From NCBI GenBank assembly GCA_964016885.1, contig OZ024743.1:90892001-90956000 (forward strand): 64,000 bases of DNA, given 5' to 3'. This stretch comes from Eledone cirrhosa (lineage: Eukaryota). Each line of letters begins with the position of its first letter. Within the stretch, counting starts at the first letter, position 1. Positions 32,630 through 47,925 of the stretch are shown here, piece after piece. The translations under genes and the position numbers were made by a program. The notes beneath the pieces were generated by a model. It saw nothing but the letters and a program-made list of their open reading frames with translations, had not been told where the DNA came from and ran no database searches.

Positions 32630-32988
32630 GTGAGGTTTTTTTTACAAAATGAAAAATAACCGAGGTGTCCTACACTAGTGAAAGTATAAAGAAAAAAAGA
32701 TGAAATCGAAAATGCAACTGGAGTCTTATTTAAAAAAAATATATATATTTATTTGATTCCTTCACCGGTTTCGCAGTTCTTCTGCTTTTCAAAAGTAGAG
32801 TTGAGATGGAGGGTCTGTGGTTTTTCTCACAGTGAGAAAAACCACAGAGTGAGAAAAACCACAGACTCTCCATCTCAACTCTACTTTTGAAAAGCAGAAG
32901 AACTGCGAAACCGGTAAAGGAACCAAATAAATATATATATTTTTTTAAAAATAAGACTCCAGTTGCATTTTCGATTTCATCTTTTTTT

Positions 32989-32993
<5 letters not shown>
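32621..32993. repeat. Head-to-head palindromic pair of Neptune pLTR ends in (TA)n
   Basis: Arms are revcomp and forward copies of ~27395-27600; centre ~32830. Confidence 0.9.
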
Positions 32994-33037
<44 letters not shown>

Positions 33038-33211
33038 TATATATATGTGTGTGTGGGGGGGTCTCTGTGACCTATATACACTGGTCACAGACATACACAT
33101 ACACACACGCACGCACACAAGCACATATATTTTTTCCAATTATGCGCCGTTTTGGCTGTATTAAATAACAGACAAGCACACAATCACAGAGTTTTACTAG
33201 TATGTATGTAT

Positions 33212-33264
<53 letters not shown>

Positions 33265-33420
33265 AAAGAAAGTTCGATGTATATATATATCGAACTTTCT
33301 TTCCTCTTTTCCATATAAAGCGTGGAACTACTAAGACTTTTTGACTCTGTGTGTTGACTCCTTGAACTATATATATATATTATTACTATTCGTAAATGTA
33401 CATTATTTTTCATATATATA

Positions 33421-33575
<155 letters not shown>

Positions 33576-33879
33576 TCGTGTGAGTGCGTGCGTTAAATAT
33601 CAGATTATTTATTTTTGTTATAAAAATAACAAGCATTTACAGATGAGGATAACTCTGTAACATATAGAAGAATTGTATTTATTACATGTCTCTTGGTTGT
33701 TTGGTACTCCAGTTTCTCCGATACTATCTGCCGAGAGCAACTCCTGGTGGAATAAGCAATGTAAAATATAGTATTTTATTCAAGAATACACCGCATCGTC
33801 TATAATTCGAACCCACAACCATATGGTCGATCGTGAATCCAATACTCAAAACACTAGACGACAATTCCCCATATGACGG

Positions 33880-34090
33880 TTTCTTATATAGGCACAAGGC
33901 CAGTAATTTGGGAGGGGAAAGTCGATTAAATCGACCCCAGTACGTTACTGGTACTTTATGTTATCGACCCCATAAGGATGAAAGGCAAAGTTAACCTCGG
34001 CGGGATTTGAGCTCAGATCATAAAGAGCCGTACTCTATGCTGCAAAGCATGGCGTCCGACCCTCTACCGATACTGCCAATCCACTACCCT
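33880..34090 (-). mobile_element. tRNA-derived SINE; further copy 34670-34877
   Basis: Same family as 5050-5260. Confidence 0.85.
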
Positions 34091-34351
34091 CCAATTACCC
34101 ATATAACGAAAACAATTTTGAAGTAGTTTCCTATGAGACCTATCCTAAAATTTGACATTCTGTCTGTTGTTTTTCCTGTAGTTTCTATTTTTATAGTTTC
34201 AATATTATATCACCAAAATATCACCACATAAACGGATCTAGATAAATCCCATGAATAAATATACAAGATTTCATACAAATATTATCCATTATATTTCTTT
34301 CTCACTAGCGAATGAACCTGTGTCGAATTTTGTGAAGAAATCAGCATCATC

Positions 34352-34442
34352 ATGAAGACGATAAATAGAATATTTTACATTGCTCTAATGTTGTATCTGG
34401 GAATAACTGTTGTCGTGGGGTTTGAGACGAAAATGACTGAAG
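34352..34442 (+). CDS. Coding exon 1 of secreted DUF4773-like protein gene: signal peptide MKTINRIFYIALMLYLGITVVVG-FETKMTE
   Basis: catcATGa start, basic-hydrophobic signal peptide, donor AG/GTAAAT phase 1; upstream acceptor tttctttctcactag at 34308 implies an earlier non-coding exon. Confidence 0.85.
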
Positions 34443-34445
34443 GTA

Positions 34446-34530
34446 AATACAGTTTATTTCAATACAGTTTATTTCAATACAGTTTATTTCAATACAGTTT
34501 ATTTCAATACAATTTATTTCAATACAGTTT
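34446..34530. repeat. 15-bp minisatellite (aatacagtttatttc) x~5 at start of intron 1
   Basis: Direct observation. Confidence 0.9.
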
Positions 34531-36512
34531 ACTTATAAGTTTGTGAAAGCCAAATGGTTGGTGTTTTCGACTCACGATTATAAAGTTGTAAGTTCTATTC
34601 GTGGGCAGCATGTTGCGTTCTTAATGGAGAAACTTTATTTCACGTTGCTTTTCATGATAGAACTAGAGCCTCTATACCTTAAAGACAAGACTAGTAATTT
34701 GAAGGAGGAGGGGGAAGTCGATTAAATCGACCCCAGTGTGCTACTGGTACTCTATTTATCGACCCCGTAAGGATGAATGGTAAAGCTAACCTCGGCGGGA
34801 TTTGAACTCAGAACGTAAAGAGCCCTAACTCTATGCCGGAAAAAGCATGATGTCCAACGCTCTACCGATACGGCCAAGAAACCCCCTAAGAGAAATAACT
34901 TGCAGGTCAGCCAAACCTGCATGGCGTAAGCTGTATTTTTTTTTTTTGTGAGCTTCATTTTGGTGTCAAATATTTTTCATCATAACACCGCCGAAAAGAA
35001 AATGATCAAATTTCAGCGAATCACACATCACAGGTGTGGAAAACGAGAGTCAGATTGGATATACGAAAAGATCGGATAGTAATAGCTGCCTTTGATCATA
35101 TACCTACTCGATCAGAGCTGATCTGGACTCAACCAAAACGACACTTTCATTGATTTTGGTTATTTATTAACTTATAGTGTTAACATGTATTTGTGAAGGA
35201 TGTCAATATGTTTTTATACACAGAGACCATATCAATACTTGCTTCTTTAGATTTTAATTCATCAGCGCCAATATATTTTCAATAGCTTTCATACTCCCTA
35301 TAACTTTGGAATTTGACTTAGATCAAGGGGATTTGCATTTTTTACAATTGATTTCTTTGATTACTCTCATCTAATCTTCTAATCTTCCATAAAATTCCGG
35401 GTAATCGCGCTAGCACGAATGCAGCAACAATCTTTCGAGTGCGTCCAACCAGTTACAGAGCACGGAATATGATCATGCTCGCATCCATTCCTCCAGAAAT
35501 ATCCCCCAACCTACCCCCCAAAACAAACAAAAACAAAATGATAACACTGCCACCAACAAAAATGGTAACATTTTTTAAATATTATCTTTTTTAATATTAT
35601 ATTTAAAAAATATTATCTCCCCAAATCACTGTCTGAAACAAAACGGAAATGTACGGCACAAGTGAAACGATCGATTTCCTATCACAATTGGAGCCTGTCG
35701 ACATATAACACTCAAGATCCTACACTTTCTGATGCATACACACGCCAGCAAACACCTCCTACACACACATTCCAGGGTTCGCGCTTGACTGTACACGTGT
35801 CTGTGTTCGCGTGGCACTGAGTGCTGCGGTGCCGCCGTCGTCGGTGTTGAATGCTTCCTAACATTTACTCTTCCTCCCCGCATCATTTCTCATGAACGTA
35901 GTGACTTCACTCTTTGTAGTTTAGCCGTTTGCGGTTGCCCCACCATATCGTCATACCCGAAGCTAAGCAGCTTCAAACCACGACATAACAGTCTCTCTCG
36001 ACTGCTACGATGTGTATGTAGAAATTCATATACATTTTTGTACATACCCCTACGTTGGTCAGTTCACGCGTGCACGCTCACTCACACATCCACACTTTCT
36101 CAGTAGCCAGCCTGTCACGGTCCAACGCCCATCAAACATATGAACACACCTACACTCGCTACACACACACACGCGCGCGCGTGCATATATATATGTCCAT
36201 CCCAAATATACAATGATTACCTCCCTTCCTAAACATATCTAACGCGTAAAATACCCCTTGACCAGCAAATCTCCACGTGTTTTTTAATCATTTTTCCCGT
36301 TCTTTCCTTTTCTCGCTTTTTATCTTTCTATTTAATCTATTATTGGTAATTCTGATGAAAGACCAATGCCCGAAACATTAAGACTCTTTTCCTGTTATTT
36401 CAAGGATTAAACTACTATATTTCTTCGTTATACTGTGACGTTTGCATTGTTGTTTCTGTTTACTTTTTACATACATACATACATACATACACACACATAC
36501 ACACACACACGC

Positions 36513-36568
<56 letters not shown>

Positions 36569-36763
36569 TAACCGGAATCGCCAGTTCCACCATTGGTAAA
36601 CAACGTAACATAAATGGTATATATGTATATATATAGGCAATTATACTTTCATATACACTTACATACATGAGAATATGTGTGTATCTCATTACACATGACA
36701 CCCATCCCGGGATATATTGATACGCTTAACTAATATTTTCTATTCACTTCATAACATTTATAG

Positions 36764-36964
36764 ACGAAACTCCTGCTGTAATTGCTATTATGCAAGAAAT
36801 GACAGAAAAACTCCTGGCTGATCGAAGGATCGAGAATAATGTAACAGATATCCATCTTCAAAATGATTACAAGAGTGGTGATGTGCCAAATATAAAAGGA
36901 ATGCAGTGCTCTTGGAAAGGGTCTTCCGGAAAATGTTGCAGTAAACTCAGTAAAGGTCCAATAT
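36764..36964 (+). CDS. Coding exon 2 (201 nt, phase 1/1): DETPAVIAIMQEMTEKLLADRRIENNVTDIHLQNDYKSGDVPNIKGMQCSWKGSSGKCCSKLSKGPI
   Basis: Acceptor ataacatttatag, donor GTATGT, open in the frame set by exon 1 (G+AC=Asp). Confidence 0.85.
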
Positions 36965-37048
36965 GTATGTATGCTTCATCTTTCAATCTCTTCCTAAATA
37001 TGTATACAGATGTGAAATATTGAATATTAGAAGGGGAATGTCTTGATG

Positions 37049-37597
37049 GATCGTGCTGATGAGAACCAGTAGTTCGAAGTGCGCATCCACAATTGTCCCC
37101 CTTGCTTCTGCTGGATACCGCCAGACGGCGTTAGTCGTTGGTGCTTTGGCATAGCTACGGCTTTCCAAATGTTTATTTTAAACATACGATATTTCTTCTG
37201 AAATACGAAATTCCAATACATATCTGTATACAACTATGCCTGAAGCTAAATTGTAATTCTATTCTATTATAAGTTGGGCCAACTTATACAGCTTCATATG
37301 CAAATGAGATTAATCACCTCATTTACACAGACGAGAAAACCATATATTCTCACCTGTTTTCAAAGTCCAGCAGTTGCAAGAGTGGGAGGTCTCGTGCTGA
37401 TGAGAATCGATTCATTTCGAAATGTGCATCCACGATTGCCCCTTGCTTCTGCTGGATACCGCCAGACGGCGTTAATCGCTGGTGTTTTGGCATAGCTACG
37501 GCTCTCCAAATGTTTATTTTAAACATACCGTATTTCTTCTGAAATACGAAATTGCAATACATATCTGTATACAACTATGCCTGAAGCTAAATTGTCA
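37049..37597 (+). repeat. Two diverged tandem units (period 341 bp), each with an HHR (37051-37092 with GAAG substitution; 37392-37435 intact; family J), and an octamer at 37298
   Basis: TCGTG CTGATGA GAA..TTC GAAA TGTGCA TC CACGA. Confidence 0.82.
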
Positions 37598-37701
37598 TTA
37601 TATATATAAGTTTATCCCAGGTTCAATCGGAGGTAACCACAGTAAGTAAGGTACTCAATACAAAGCAGAGTATAAATATTTAATATAGAAAGGCTTCTAC
37701 A

Positions 37702-37748
<47 letters not shown>

Positions 37749-37942
37749 CTAGGTAAATTTTGTGTAGCTATAAGTGCGGATAAGAAGCTATATCATTTAT
37801 CTATTATTTCTTCATAAGTATATTTGAAACTTATAGCCTCGTTTAAATGATTTTTGTATGGTTGATTTATGCTGATCGGGAGAAGAAATACTGTATATAT
37901 TTTATCTAATGATTCTATGGACGTACTTTTATATATATATAT

Positions 37943-38446
37943 ATCTACTATATAAATTGGAAGTGGTCGGATGTTGTATATGTAGGTGTAGTCGGATAAA
38001 CGTCAAAACGGCTTGGTGGGATGCAGCGAAAATTTACACAGTTATGCAGAATGACCCGAGGAGGCGTTGGGTCGACAGTAATCTGTGAACGCAGAAGTAA
38101 ATATTTCGAGAAACGTAGCAATCGAAGGAAAACAGGAAGACGATATTTTGGTTTGTGAAGACGTTCCCTGGCAATGAACGGGAAAAAAGCGAGGATAATA
38201 CGGTGTTATGTGGAGCGAGAAGAACAATTTCATGCAAAGACAAGACCAAGTTTATGGAATGAATCGAGTCGTTAGACTAATATTCTATTTAAAATAACAG
38301 AATGATTTCTAGCCCCGGAGTTTAAGAATGATGTAAATAAAATTGAAAATGACAGAGGTTATTAAAATAGTAAAAGTAAATAGTGAAGATTTAGGCCAGT
38401 ACATACGTATGCCCCGACGGACATACACATACATACGCACACACAA

Positions 38447-38484
<38 letters not shown>

Positions 38485-38905
38485 GCGCGCGCACACACGC
38501 GTATGTATAAACCTTATGCATTTCTACAGTATTTTCACCAAACTTAAGACATATGTTACTTATGTACTCCAGATGGTCATGGGCACTTTCATTTTTCCAG
38601 ATATTGATTATAGGGCCTCCCGGCAGATAACCCCTTTAACCACTTTAACCACTTCCTTGGAGTCGACTGAAGCACTGCAGTGCAATGCAACAAAACGTCA
38701 TAACTTTTGGAGTTCGCAACCGATTTTCACAAAACTTGACACATGGGCTACGTTTTGTCCTACAGATGAATGTGAACTCTCAGAATTGGCACATATTAAG
38801 TAGGGGACCCCTGGGGGCAGGAACCCCCTTTTGGAAAAAGCCGATGATTTTGTAAAAGTATAGTTTTCGAAGCAGCACTGAAGTATTGACATAAATGGTA
38901 TACAC
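37943..38905 (+). mobile_element. Probable non-autonomous Helitron/Helentron-associated element fragments
   Basis: Begins TCTACTATATAAA; contains aaaacggct.., attttcaccaaactt and ccgattttcacaaaactt motifs typical of HINE/DINE-like elements. Confidence 0.5.
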
Positions 38906-38912
38906 AACTCGT

Positions 38913-39829
38913 ACGGTGCGTACTCACACTCTATGCAAATTAGTCTGCCCACTACTAATTTTCATAGAAAAAGCATATAACGATATGTGCTTTTACAATT
39001 CTCCAGAAGGGCCGGTAGATAGGTAAATATTGCTGATGAGTTGTAACAACAACGAAACTAGTTCAATATTCCTTGTCTGGCTTTCTGGAGAATAGAGGGA
39101 AGGTGTTCCCCCGAAAACCAGTATGACTCTAAAAACCGGTTTGTCTGTGTGTTTACATACAGAATAGCTGGGTGCTCACAGTAAAGCAACCAGTGAAAGA
39201 CTTGTTACACCTACATATGTATACGTGTGTGTATTCATATACACACTAGTATTTCAGTATGCATATGTAGATGTACATTTTTAACTTAATTGTTTAAGCG
39301 TCAGTCATACAAAAGTGAGTTACAAACGAAACGAAATTTAATTTCGTTTCGTTATTTGTTTTTATCGTCTCCGCTGAACCGGTGCGTACTCACACTCTAT
39401 GCAAATTAGTCTGTCCACTACTAATTTTCATAGAAAAAGCATATAACGATATGTGCTTTTACAATTCTCCAGAAGGGCCGGTAGATAGGTAAATATTGCT
39501 GATGAGTTGTAACAACAACGAAACTAGTTCAATATTCCTTGTCTGGCTTTCTGGAGAATAGAGGGAAGGTGTTCCCCCGAAAACCAGTATGACTCTAAAA
39601 ACCGGTTTGTCTGTGTGTTTACATACAGAATAGCTGGGTGCTCATAGTAAAGCAACCAGTGAAAGACTTGTTACACCTACATATGTATACGTGTGTGTAT
39701 TCATATACACACTAGTATTTCAGTATGCATATGTTGATGTACATTTTTAACTTAATTGTTTAAGCGTCAGTCATACAAAAGTGAGTTACAAACGAAACGA
39801 AATTTAATTTCGTTTCGTTATTTGTTTTT

Positions 39830-39830
<1 letters not shown>
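38913..39830 (+). repeat. Tandem dimer of 466-bp ORF-less units (family C), each with an intact minimal HHR (39026-39070, 39492-39536) and an octamer (38933, 39399)
   Basis: AATATTG CTGATGA GTTG-TAACAA-CAAC GAAA CTAG TT CAATATT in both units. Confidence 0.9.
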
Positions 39831-41363
<1,533 letters not shown>

Positions 41364-41369
41364 TTATAA

Positions 41370-43877
41370 TCTGCTGCTTCAGTCGAACATGCGAATAAGC
41401 AGCCGCGGACAAAGAGCGGCGAAACTATCAGGATGCTGTGGACTAATGTTAATAAGCTGGATCTAAGAAATTATGTCGTAGAAATCCTATGATTGTGGCC
41501 AGGGTGACAAATAGCTCATAAACAGGCCACCTACCATCTCAACTATTACAGTAATGACGATGGATGGTCCCATGACTCCTGATGAAGTCGTAGAGGCACC
41601 GTATTGACATACGGTGTTTCTTATGGCATTTTAAAACTTGGTGGAACCCATCTTCCTTCCAGGCCTGAATATTGCAGATTTCTTCCTGAGAAGGATAGAG
41701 AGAATGAGAACTTCAACAACATTACCAGAACATAAACAATAACAGGAAAACCACAATAATAACAATCACAGCCACTTCAAACAACAACAATCCCTTTAAA
41801 CAGCAACAATTGGAAAACCACAGTAATAACAGCCACTTCAATAACAACAACAACAACAACAATTGGAAAACCACAGTAACTACAACAACCACTCCAAGTA
41901 TCATACGTAGGAAAGGCACCGTGACAACAATCGGAAAAATACAGTAACAACAACAACAACAATAAGAAACGTCCAGCAATTGCAACAGAAACAACAACAA
42001 TATCAAACGTATAGGATCAACTACAATAACAAAAGCCACTTTAAACAACAACATCAGCTGAAACCACTTCAACAGCTGACACCCTTGGTTATACTTCTCA
42101 ACTCCACCATTTTCCAAAACACGAACTCTATGTTGACTGAGTATGTAATGCTATAATGACAGAGAAATACGAACATGGAGGGAAACCTCGACTATGCCAT
42201 GCCCGGCCCCTTAACCCCTACTGGAGTCGTGAACAAAACAAAAAATGGAGGCAGAAGGAAGTCCTCTATTGCATCCGGAACGTGATGCAGCCAAAATTCT
42301 TCGTTCAGTGAAAAGAACAACTAAAATACATTTCAGTGAAAAGAACAACTAAAATACACTGGTCATTATAATTCTGAAGTGCCACCTTAAACTAAAAAAT
42401 GTAATTAGCAGCAACAACAACAACAAAAAAATGTACTTTGAACTTAACAAATACCCAGCGAAAAAATAGTGCCAAAAATAATACAACAAAAAGATTTACT
42501 ACACCCATAAAAACAAAAGCCAAGATTCAGCCAACACCTTCGCCACCACCAACAATACAATTACAGATGCAAGCGTGTCAGCGAGGTAACACTGTCACCA
42601 CCGTCGTCACGGAGACTAGTGACCTAAGCCAATATAGGACATCAAAACCTATACAACGTGAGGGAAAATGTTGTCACAATTAAGGTGAAATTCTCAAATG
42701 GAGCGAAGGCAATTAAACACTTCATTTCCACTGTAAAAAGCAAAGAACTCACCCGCATTTCAATGTACTGAAAAAAAAAAGACCTCAAAAATAAAAATAA
42801 CATAGTTCCAGAAATAGCTAACCCCTGGCTGGTGACGGTTGTCTTGGTAGGGATAGAAAAAAAGCCAGAGGTGTTCTAATTTCAGAAGCCGAAGAAGGAA
42901 AAATGGTCTGCAGGGAAATGGAGCTCCTAAAGCAAACACATCAACCTATAAGTGGCCCTCACTGTTCGTAATGATGGAAGGTAGTATGTCGATATGTCAC
43001 ATATGTGGCGCCAACATACATTTGAAGGCATTCTGCCAACAAAAGCATTCAGAAGTGATGCAAAAAGCACTACTGCCGGCATATAACACCCGCCACCATC
43101 AATGGCAGTAGCTGCACATGCCGCAGCATCCTCGACAGCAACAGCAACAACAACACAAACAACAGAAACACGACAGCATCACCAACTCTCACGACATCAT
43201 CAATAAAATTCCCCAACCACAATACTACACATCAGAACATGCCACTCCCCAGTTTCGATCAATCGTGTAGTGAAGAAGACGAAAATAGGGAGTGACAAAC
43301 TATCAAAAAAGGAAAAGAAAGCAAAAAAAATGGAAAAGAAAAAAAAAACCACAAGGAAAACAACACCACTGTCCTGAATAGAACGTTTCGAAAGAGCCAA
43401 TCATCAATAATTGGTAGCTATCCTAGTAGTGACCAAGCATATCGACATCGGCAATTGTTGTTATGGAGTACAAGGCGGTGACAGGGGTGATAATTAACTA
43501 GGAAAAGTAGGCATGCAAGTCGACTGGTTAAACTGCTCGGGGTTGGGTTTGGTCAAGATCTCAAAAACTGGAATAAAGAGGCGAGCAGGGTAGCTTTCAC
43601 ACAGAAATGGGCCGAAAGGAAGCTATCTCTGAGAGGTCGGGCAGATGTGGACAAGGCCTACATCGCCTCCGCCATTTATTAGCACCTTTTTGCGGGTTTT
43701 CTCCACTAGTGACCCTCGGGGGTGTCCTCTCTATTAGGAAATTCTCTTTTGTTAGAATTCTTTTTTTAATGTTTGTTGTTTTCTAGTTACCATCTTTTTA
43801 CACGAAAAACTACTTTATATTGTCCTGTGTCGTCTTTAATGTTTTCTTGTGTGACTAATAAAGAAACTATTATTATT
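41370..43877 (+). mobile_element. Degenerate, internally deleted Tx1-like element: ORF1 zinc-knuckle region, RT fragment and 3' tail
   Basis: CHICGANIHLKAFC (CX2CX4HX4C) at 42995-43036; 43500-43690 resembles the VKLLGVWFG..WAERKLSL segment; 3' end aataaagaaactattattatt like 50610-50640; 5' boundary uncertain. Confidence 0.6.
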
Positions 43878-44000
43878 AATCCCGCCGAGGTTAGCTTTGC
43901 CTATCACCCTTACGGGGTCGATAAAATAAAGCACCAGTAAGTCGATTTAATCGACTCCCCCCACCTTCAAATTGCTGGTCTTGTGCCTAAACTAGAAAAA
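43878..44000 (+). mobile_element. tRNA-derived SINE 3' part
   Basis: aatcccgccgaggttagctttgcc..gggtcgataaaataaagcaccag. Confidence 0.8.
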
Positions 44001-47000
44001 TTATTATTATTATTATTATAGTTGCATTTATCTTGCTTTATGTTCATACGAGTTATCACCAAGTCACAACCAGTGACCTCAAGAGACAACAAGGTCCGCC
44101 ATGTTCAAGAAAGAACATACATACTCACACATGCATCTTTAGGTGTTTAGACTTGTGATGTACTTATATTGACAGAATCTTCCTTAGTATATGGGCAGTT
44201 CCCATTAGTACTATCTTTTGTATTTCTCCTATACGCGGGTTTCCTGGGATTTGCGATAAAGTAATTATTAGACCCCTTAGGTATCATTCCTAGAGCGCCT
44301 ACAACCACTGGTATTGTTTTAGTTCTCAATTTCCACATTTTTCCAATTTCTATCTCCAGGTCCTTATACTTGCTCAATTTTTCAAATGTTTTTATAGATA
44401 CATTCTTGTCTATTGGAACGGACATATCAATTAGCAGGCATACCCTCTTTTTAAAGTCCTTCAGTATTATATCAGGTCTATTTGCATCTATTTTTTGGTC
44501 TGTTTGGATGCTAAAATTCCACAAGATTGAGATATGATCTTTTTCAAGTATGGGAGGTGGTTGATGCTCCCACCAATTCTTTTGATGGTGCAGGTCAAAA
44601 TGCTTACACATTATCCAATGTATGTATTGTGCAGTTCTGTCATGCCTGTTTAGGTATTCGGTTGGAGCTATAGGACTGCACATTGAAATTATATGATCAA
44701 TGGTCTCTGGTTGTTTTTTTACATACACGGCACAATGGGTTGCATCCATTTTTTATTATGTTGGCTTGGTAATTTTTTGTTGGCAGACACTGATCTTGTG
44801 CTGATATAATCAGTCCTTCAGTCTCCGATTTCAGTCCAGAGGATGTCAACCACTGGTGTGTTAAAGTTTTGTCAACATCAGGATTGTTAGCTTTTTCTGG
44901 GTATTTTCCATACAGAGGCTTTTCTTGCCATTTCTTAGCCAGTTTCTATAGCAGTTCTTTCTTTGCAGTTACTTTTATCTGCTTTGCTTTTTCTGTGTTT
45001 TCCATTTCAGCAGTAAATGGGACTTCTGTATCTTTGTGCATCTTTTGTAATGGAGTATGGTCTTTTGATGCTTTCGTGTTTCAAAACGAGTTTGATCATC
45101 CAATCATGTGATTCCCTTAGATATGTAGATAATCCAATTGTTGCAGTTTTCAACGCAATATCTAACTGGATTAACCCACGTCCTCCTTCTTTCCTAGGGA
45201 GATATATTCTATCTGTATCTGCCTTAGGGTGATGCATTCTGTGCATGGTTAAGAATTTTCTAATTTTTGTATCGAGCCTACGGATCTCTGTGCTTGACCA
45301 GTTGATGACATTGTAACTGTAGGTTACTACTGGTATGGCAAGCGTATTTATGTCATTGATCCTATTCTTTGCATTCAATTCCGTTCTTAAGATTGCTCTT
45401 ACTCTGCGGTAACATTCCTTCCTTATCCTTTCCCTCATTGTTGAGTGCTTTATTCCGTCTCCTTCACAAACACCTAGATATTTGTAAGTTTCCTCTTGAT
45501 CAAGTTCTCTTATCACATTCCCCCGATCAAGATTAATGTCTGAACTTTTCAGCAGCTTTCCTCTGGTGAATGTTGCTTTGGCGCATTTATCTAGTCCAAA
45601 CTCCATTTTAATGTCATCACTGAACTACTCCACAGTGGATAATAGCCCTTGCAATTGTTCATCATTTTTTGCAAATAGTTTCAGGTTATCCACGTAGAAC
45701 AAGTGATTAATGGTTTTGTCATAGACTTTATATCCATGTTTTGTTTCATTGAGCATTTTACTTAATGGTATAAGTGCGATGCAGAATAAAAGCGGTGATA
45801 AAGAGTCACCCTGAAAAATTCCACAATAATATTAACTTCTGCAGCTTCCAGTGATTCCTTTTCACTATTCAAAAGGAGTGTCGTTTTCCATGTCTTCATA
45901 CTGAATGACAGGAACCTCCTGACAACGGGAGATATTTTGAAAATCTCTAAACATTTTTCAATCCAACTGTGTGGCAAACTATCGAATGCTTTTTTATAAT
46001 CTATCCAAGCAATTGATAGATTTTTGTGTCTATTATGACAATCTTCCAGTATCATTTTGTTAACCAAAAGCTGATCCTTACAGCCATATGAGCCTCGTTT
46101 ACACCCTTTCTGCTCAATGGGAAATAGGTCATTTGTTATCAGGTGGTCATATGTATATTCAGTGAGGACTGATGTTAAAATTTTATACATAGTGGTCAAG
46201 CAAGTTATCGGTCTGTAATTTTTGGGATTGTTTGTCTCATCATTCTTCGGAAGCAGGAATGTAATGCCGTTAACTAGCCATGATGGTATCTTTTCTGGCT
46301 CCTTAACTATTTCATTGTAAAGTTGAGCTAACAGTTCATGTGACTCTGTGAAGGCATTTATCCAAACATTTTGTATTTTGTCTTTTCCTGGGGATTTCCA
46401 TTTGCTGGTTTTTCTAAGAGCCAAACGCAACTGTTCAACTGTTATATTTTCCCATATTTGTTCCTCAAGGTGAGCTGTATCTTTCATTTGTCTGTCTATC
46501 CATGGGGTAAGTATATTATGAACTTTTTCTTCGGCCCAGATATTTTCCCAGAATTCTTGAACTTTCTCCTTGGGTGGTATTGATTTAGCAGTTATTGTTG
46601 ACTTGCCAATTTTTCTGTAGAAGTTTCTTTGGTTGTTTTTGAACATATTATTGTCCTTATAGAATCTAGATCGTTTTTCAAAGCGCCTTATACGAGCAGC
46701 TTTGGCCGACACTTTTTGCTTGATTATTTCTATCAGCATGTCTATGTCACTTGTTGATTTTATACTGTATTTTCTTCTTAATTTTCTAAGTTTAGTTTGT
46801 TTAACATGTTCACCTACTTTGTAGTTTGTTAAAATTTCTATGTCAGATCGGAGAAGGTTTATTTGCCGATTGATGTTCTCTTGCCAAGTAGATTTCTTGT
46901 AGGAATTCCTTTGTTTTTTCATTTTCACTCCACATAAGTGAGTGGTGGCTTTAGCCGATGCATAATAGAGATGATTTAAATCAGTAATGTTTAATTTGTT

Positions 47001-47925
47001 TGTGATGATAATGTTTTTGAGAATTATGTTAGTCTTGTGTATTATCTTTTGGTTCTGTTTGGAGTTCTGGATCTTAGGGAGGGTGTCTCGTTCCCCCATG
47101 TCAGATTCTTTCATTTTCATCCATTCGATCATAATTTCATCCTTAAGTTGGCAAGTTCATTCTCATTCATTTCTTTATCATTTACGATCTCATTGTTTTC
47201 ATTTTGAGTTTCATCTTGAGCATGCACTCCCTCCACTTTTTCGATCCTTTCTTTAATTTGTTCTGTTGTCAGTGATTCTGCCCCAACCCTGGGATTCGAA
47301 GTGTTACAAATTACCTCGTTTTCACTGACATATGTTTCATTTTCCCTTCGCTGATTTTGTGCTAATAGCTTGATCTGATCAATTTCTATATCAGTTAGTA
47401 ACTTTTTTTTAACAATATTTCTTCGTATATTGGCTAGTTTGTTTTCGGGATGTTTATTTTTCCAGTTGATATATGTCTGTTCTGTATTCGTTATATTTGA
47501 TGGGTAGTACATGGCACTGTAGAAAGCGTCAAGAACTCTTTATTGTCTTCCCTTGACCATTTTCTCTCTTTTTCTTTGGATTTCTTGGTGGTGAGCATGG
47601 AGGGCCAACAGTAGGAGTATTCCGGTTATGGGAGGTCTCGAGCTCTGAAGTGATGGGAAGGTTTGAACCATTAGCTGATTTTTCGACCCCAGTCTGGTTC
47701 CTATCTGAGGGACGCGGCCCTTTTTGACCCGGGTGACGGCCGATTCGGTATGAGATTTTATCATTTGACATTTACTTTATTCTGTCGCGTTTTATCCTTA
47801 ACCGCCAAGGGGTAATCATTTCGTGTTACCACTTCTAGGACGAGTGTCAACCAAGACTAGAGGGGTCGTCCTCCCCTAGAGACACGGTTATTCCCTGCCG
47901 GCCGCCATCCCGGTATTTCTTGGTC
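44001..47925 (-). mobile_element. Near full-length Dong/R4-clade non-LTR retrotransposon (RT + restriction-like endonuclease), frameshifted, with (TAA)n tail
   Basis: WKSPGKD, NYRPITCL, EQKGCKRG, AWIDYKKAFDS, FGLDKC, PRKEGGRGL, ETIDHII..C, RHD, RPDII..IDMSVP..K..KY; ttattatta tail at 44001-44019. Confidence 0.92.

Noticed and set aside
36345-36385. HHR at CTGATGA..GAAA 36352-36376 (also partial motifs near 58040 and 59075-59120)
   Set aside because: Stems do not pair convincingly; probably decayed and not counted
47770-47925. HDV-like ribozyme in the Dong/R4 5' UTR (and the similar segment at 55525-55620)
   Set aside because: GC-rich and structured, but I could not build the nested double pseudoknot by eye; needs a descriptor search
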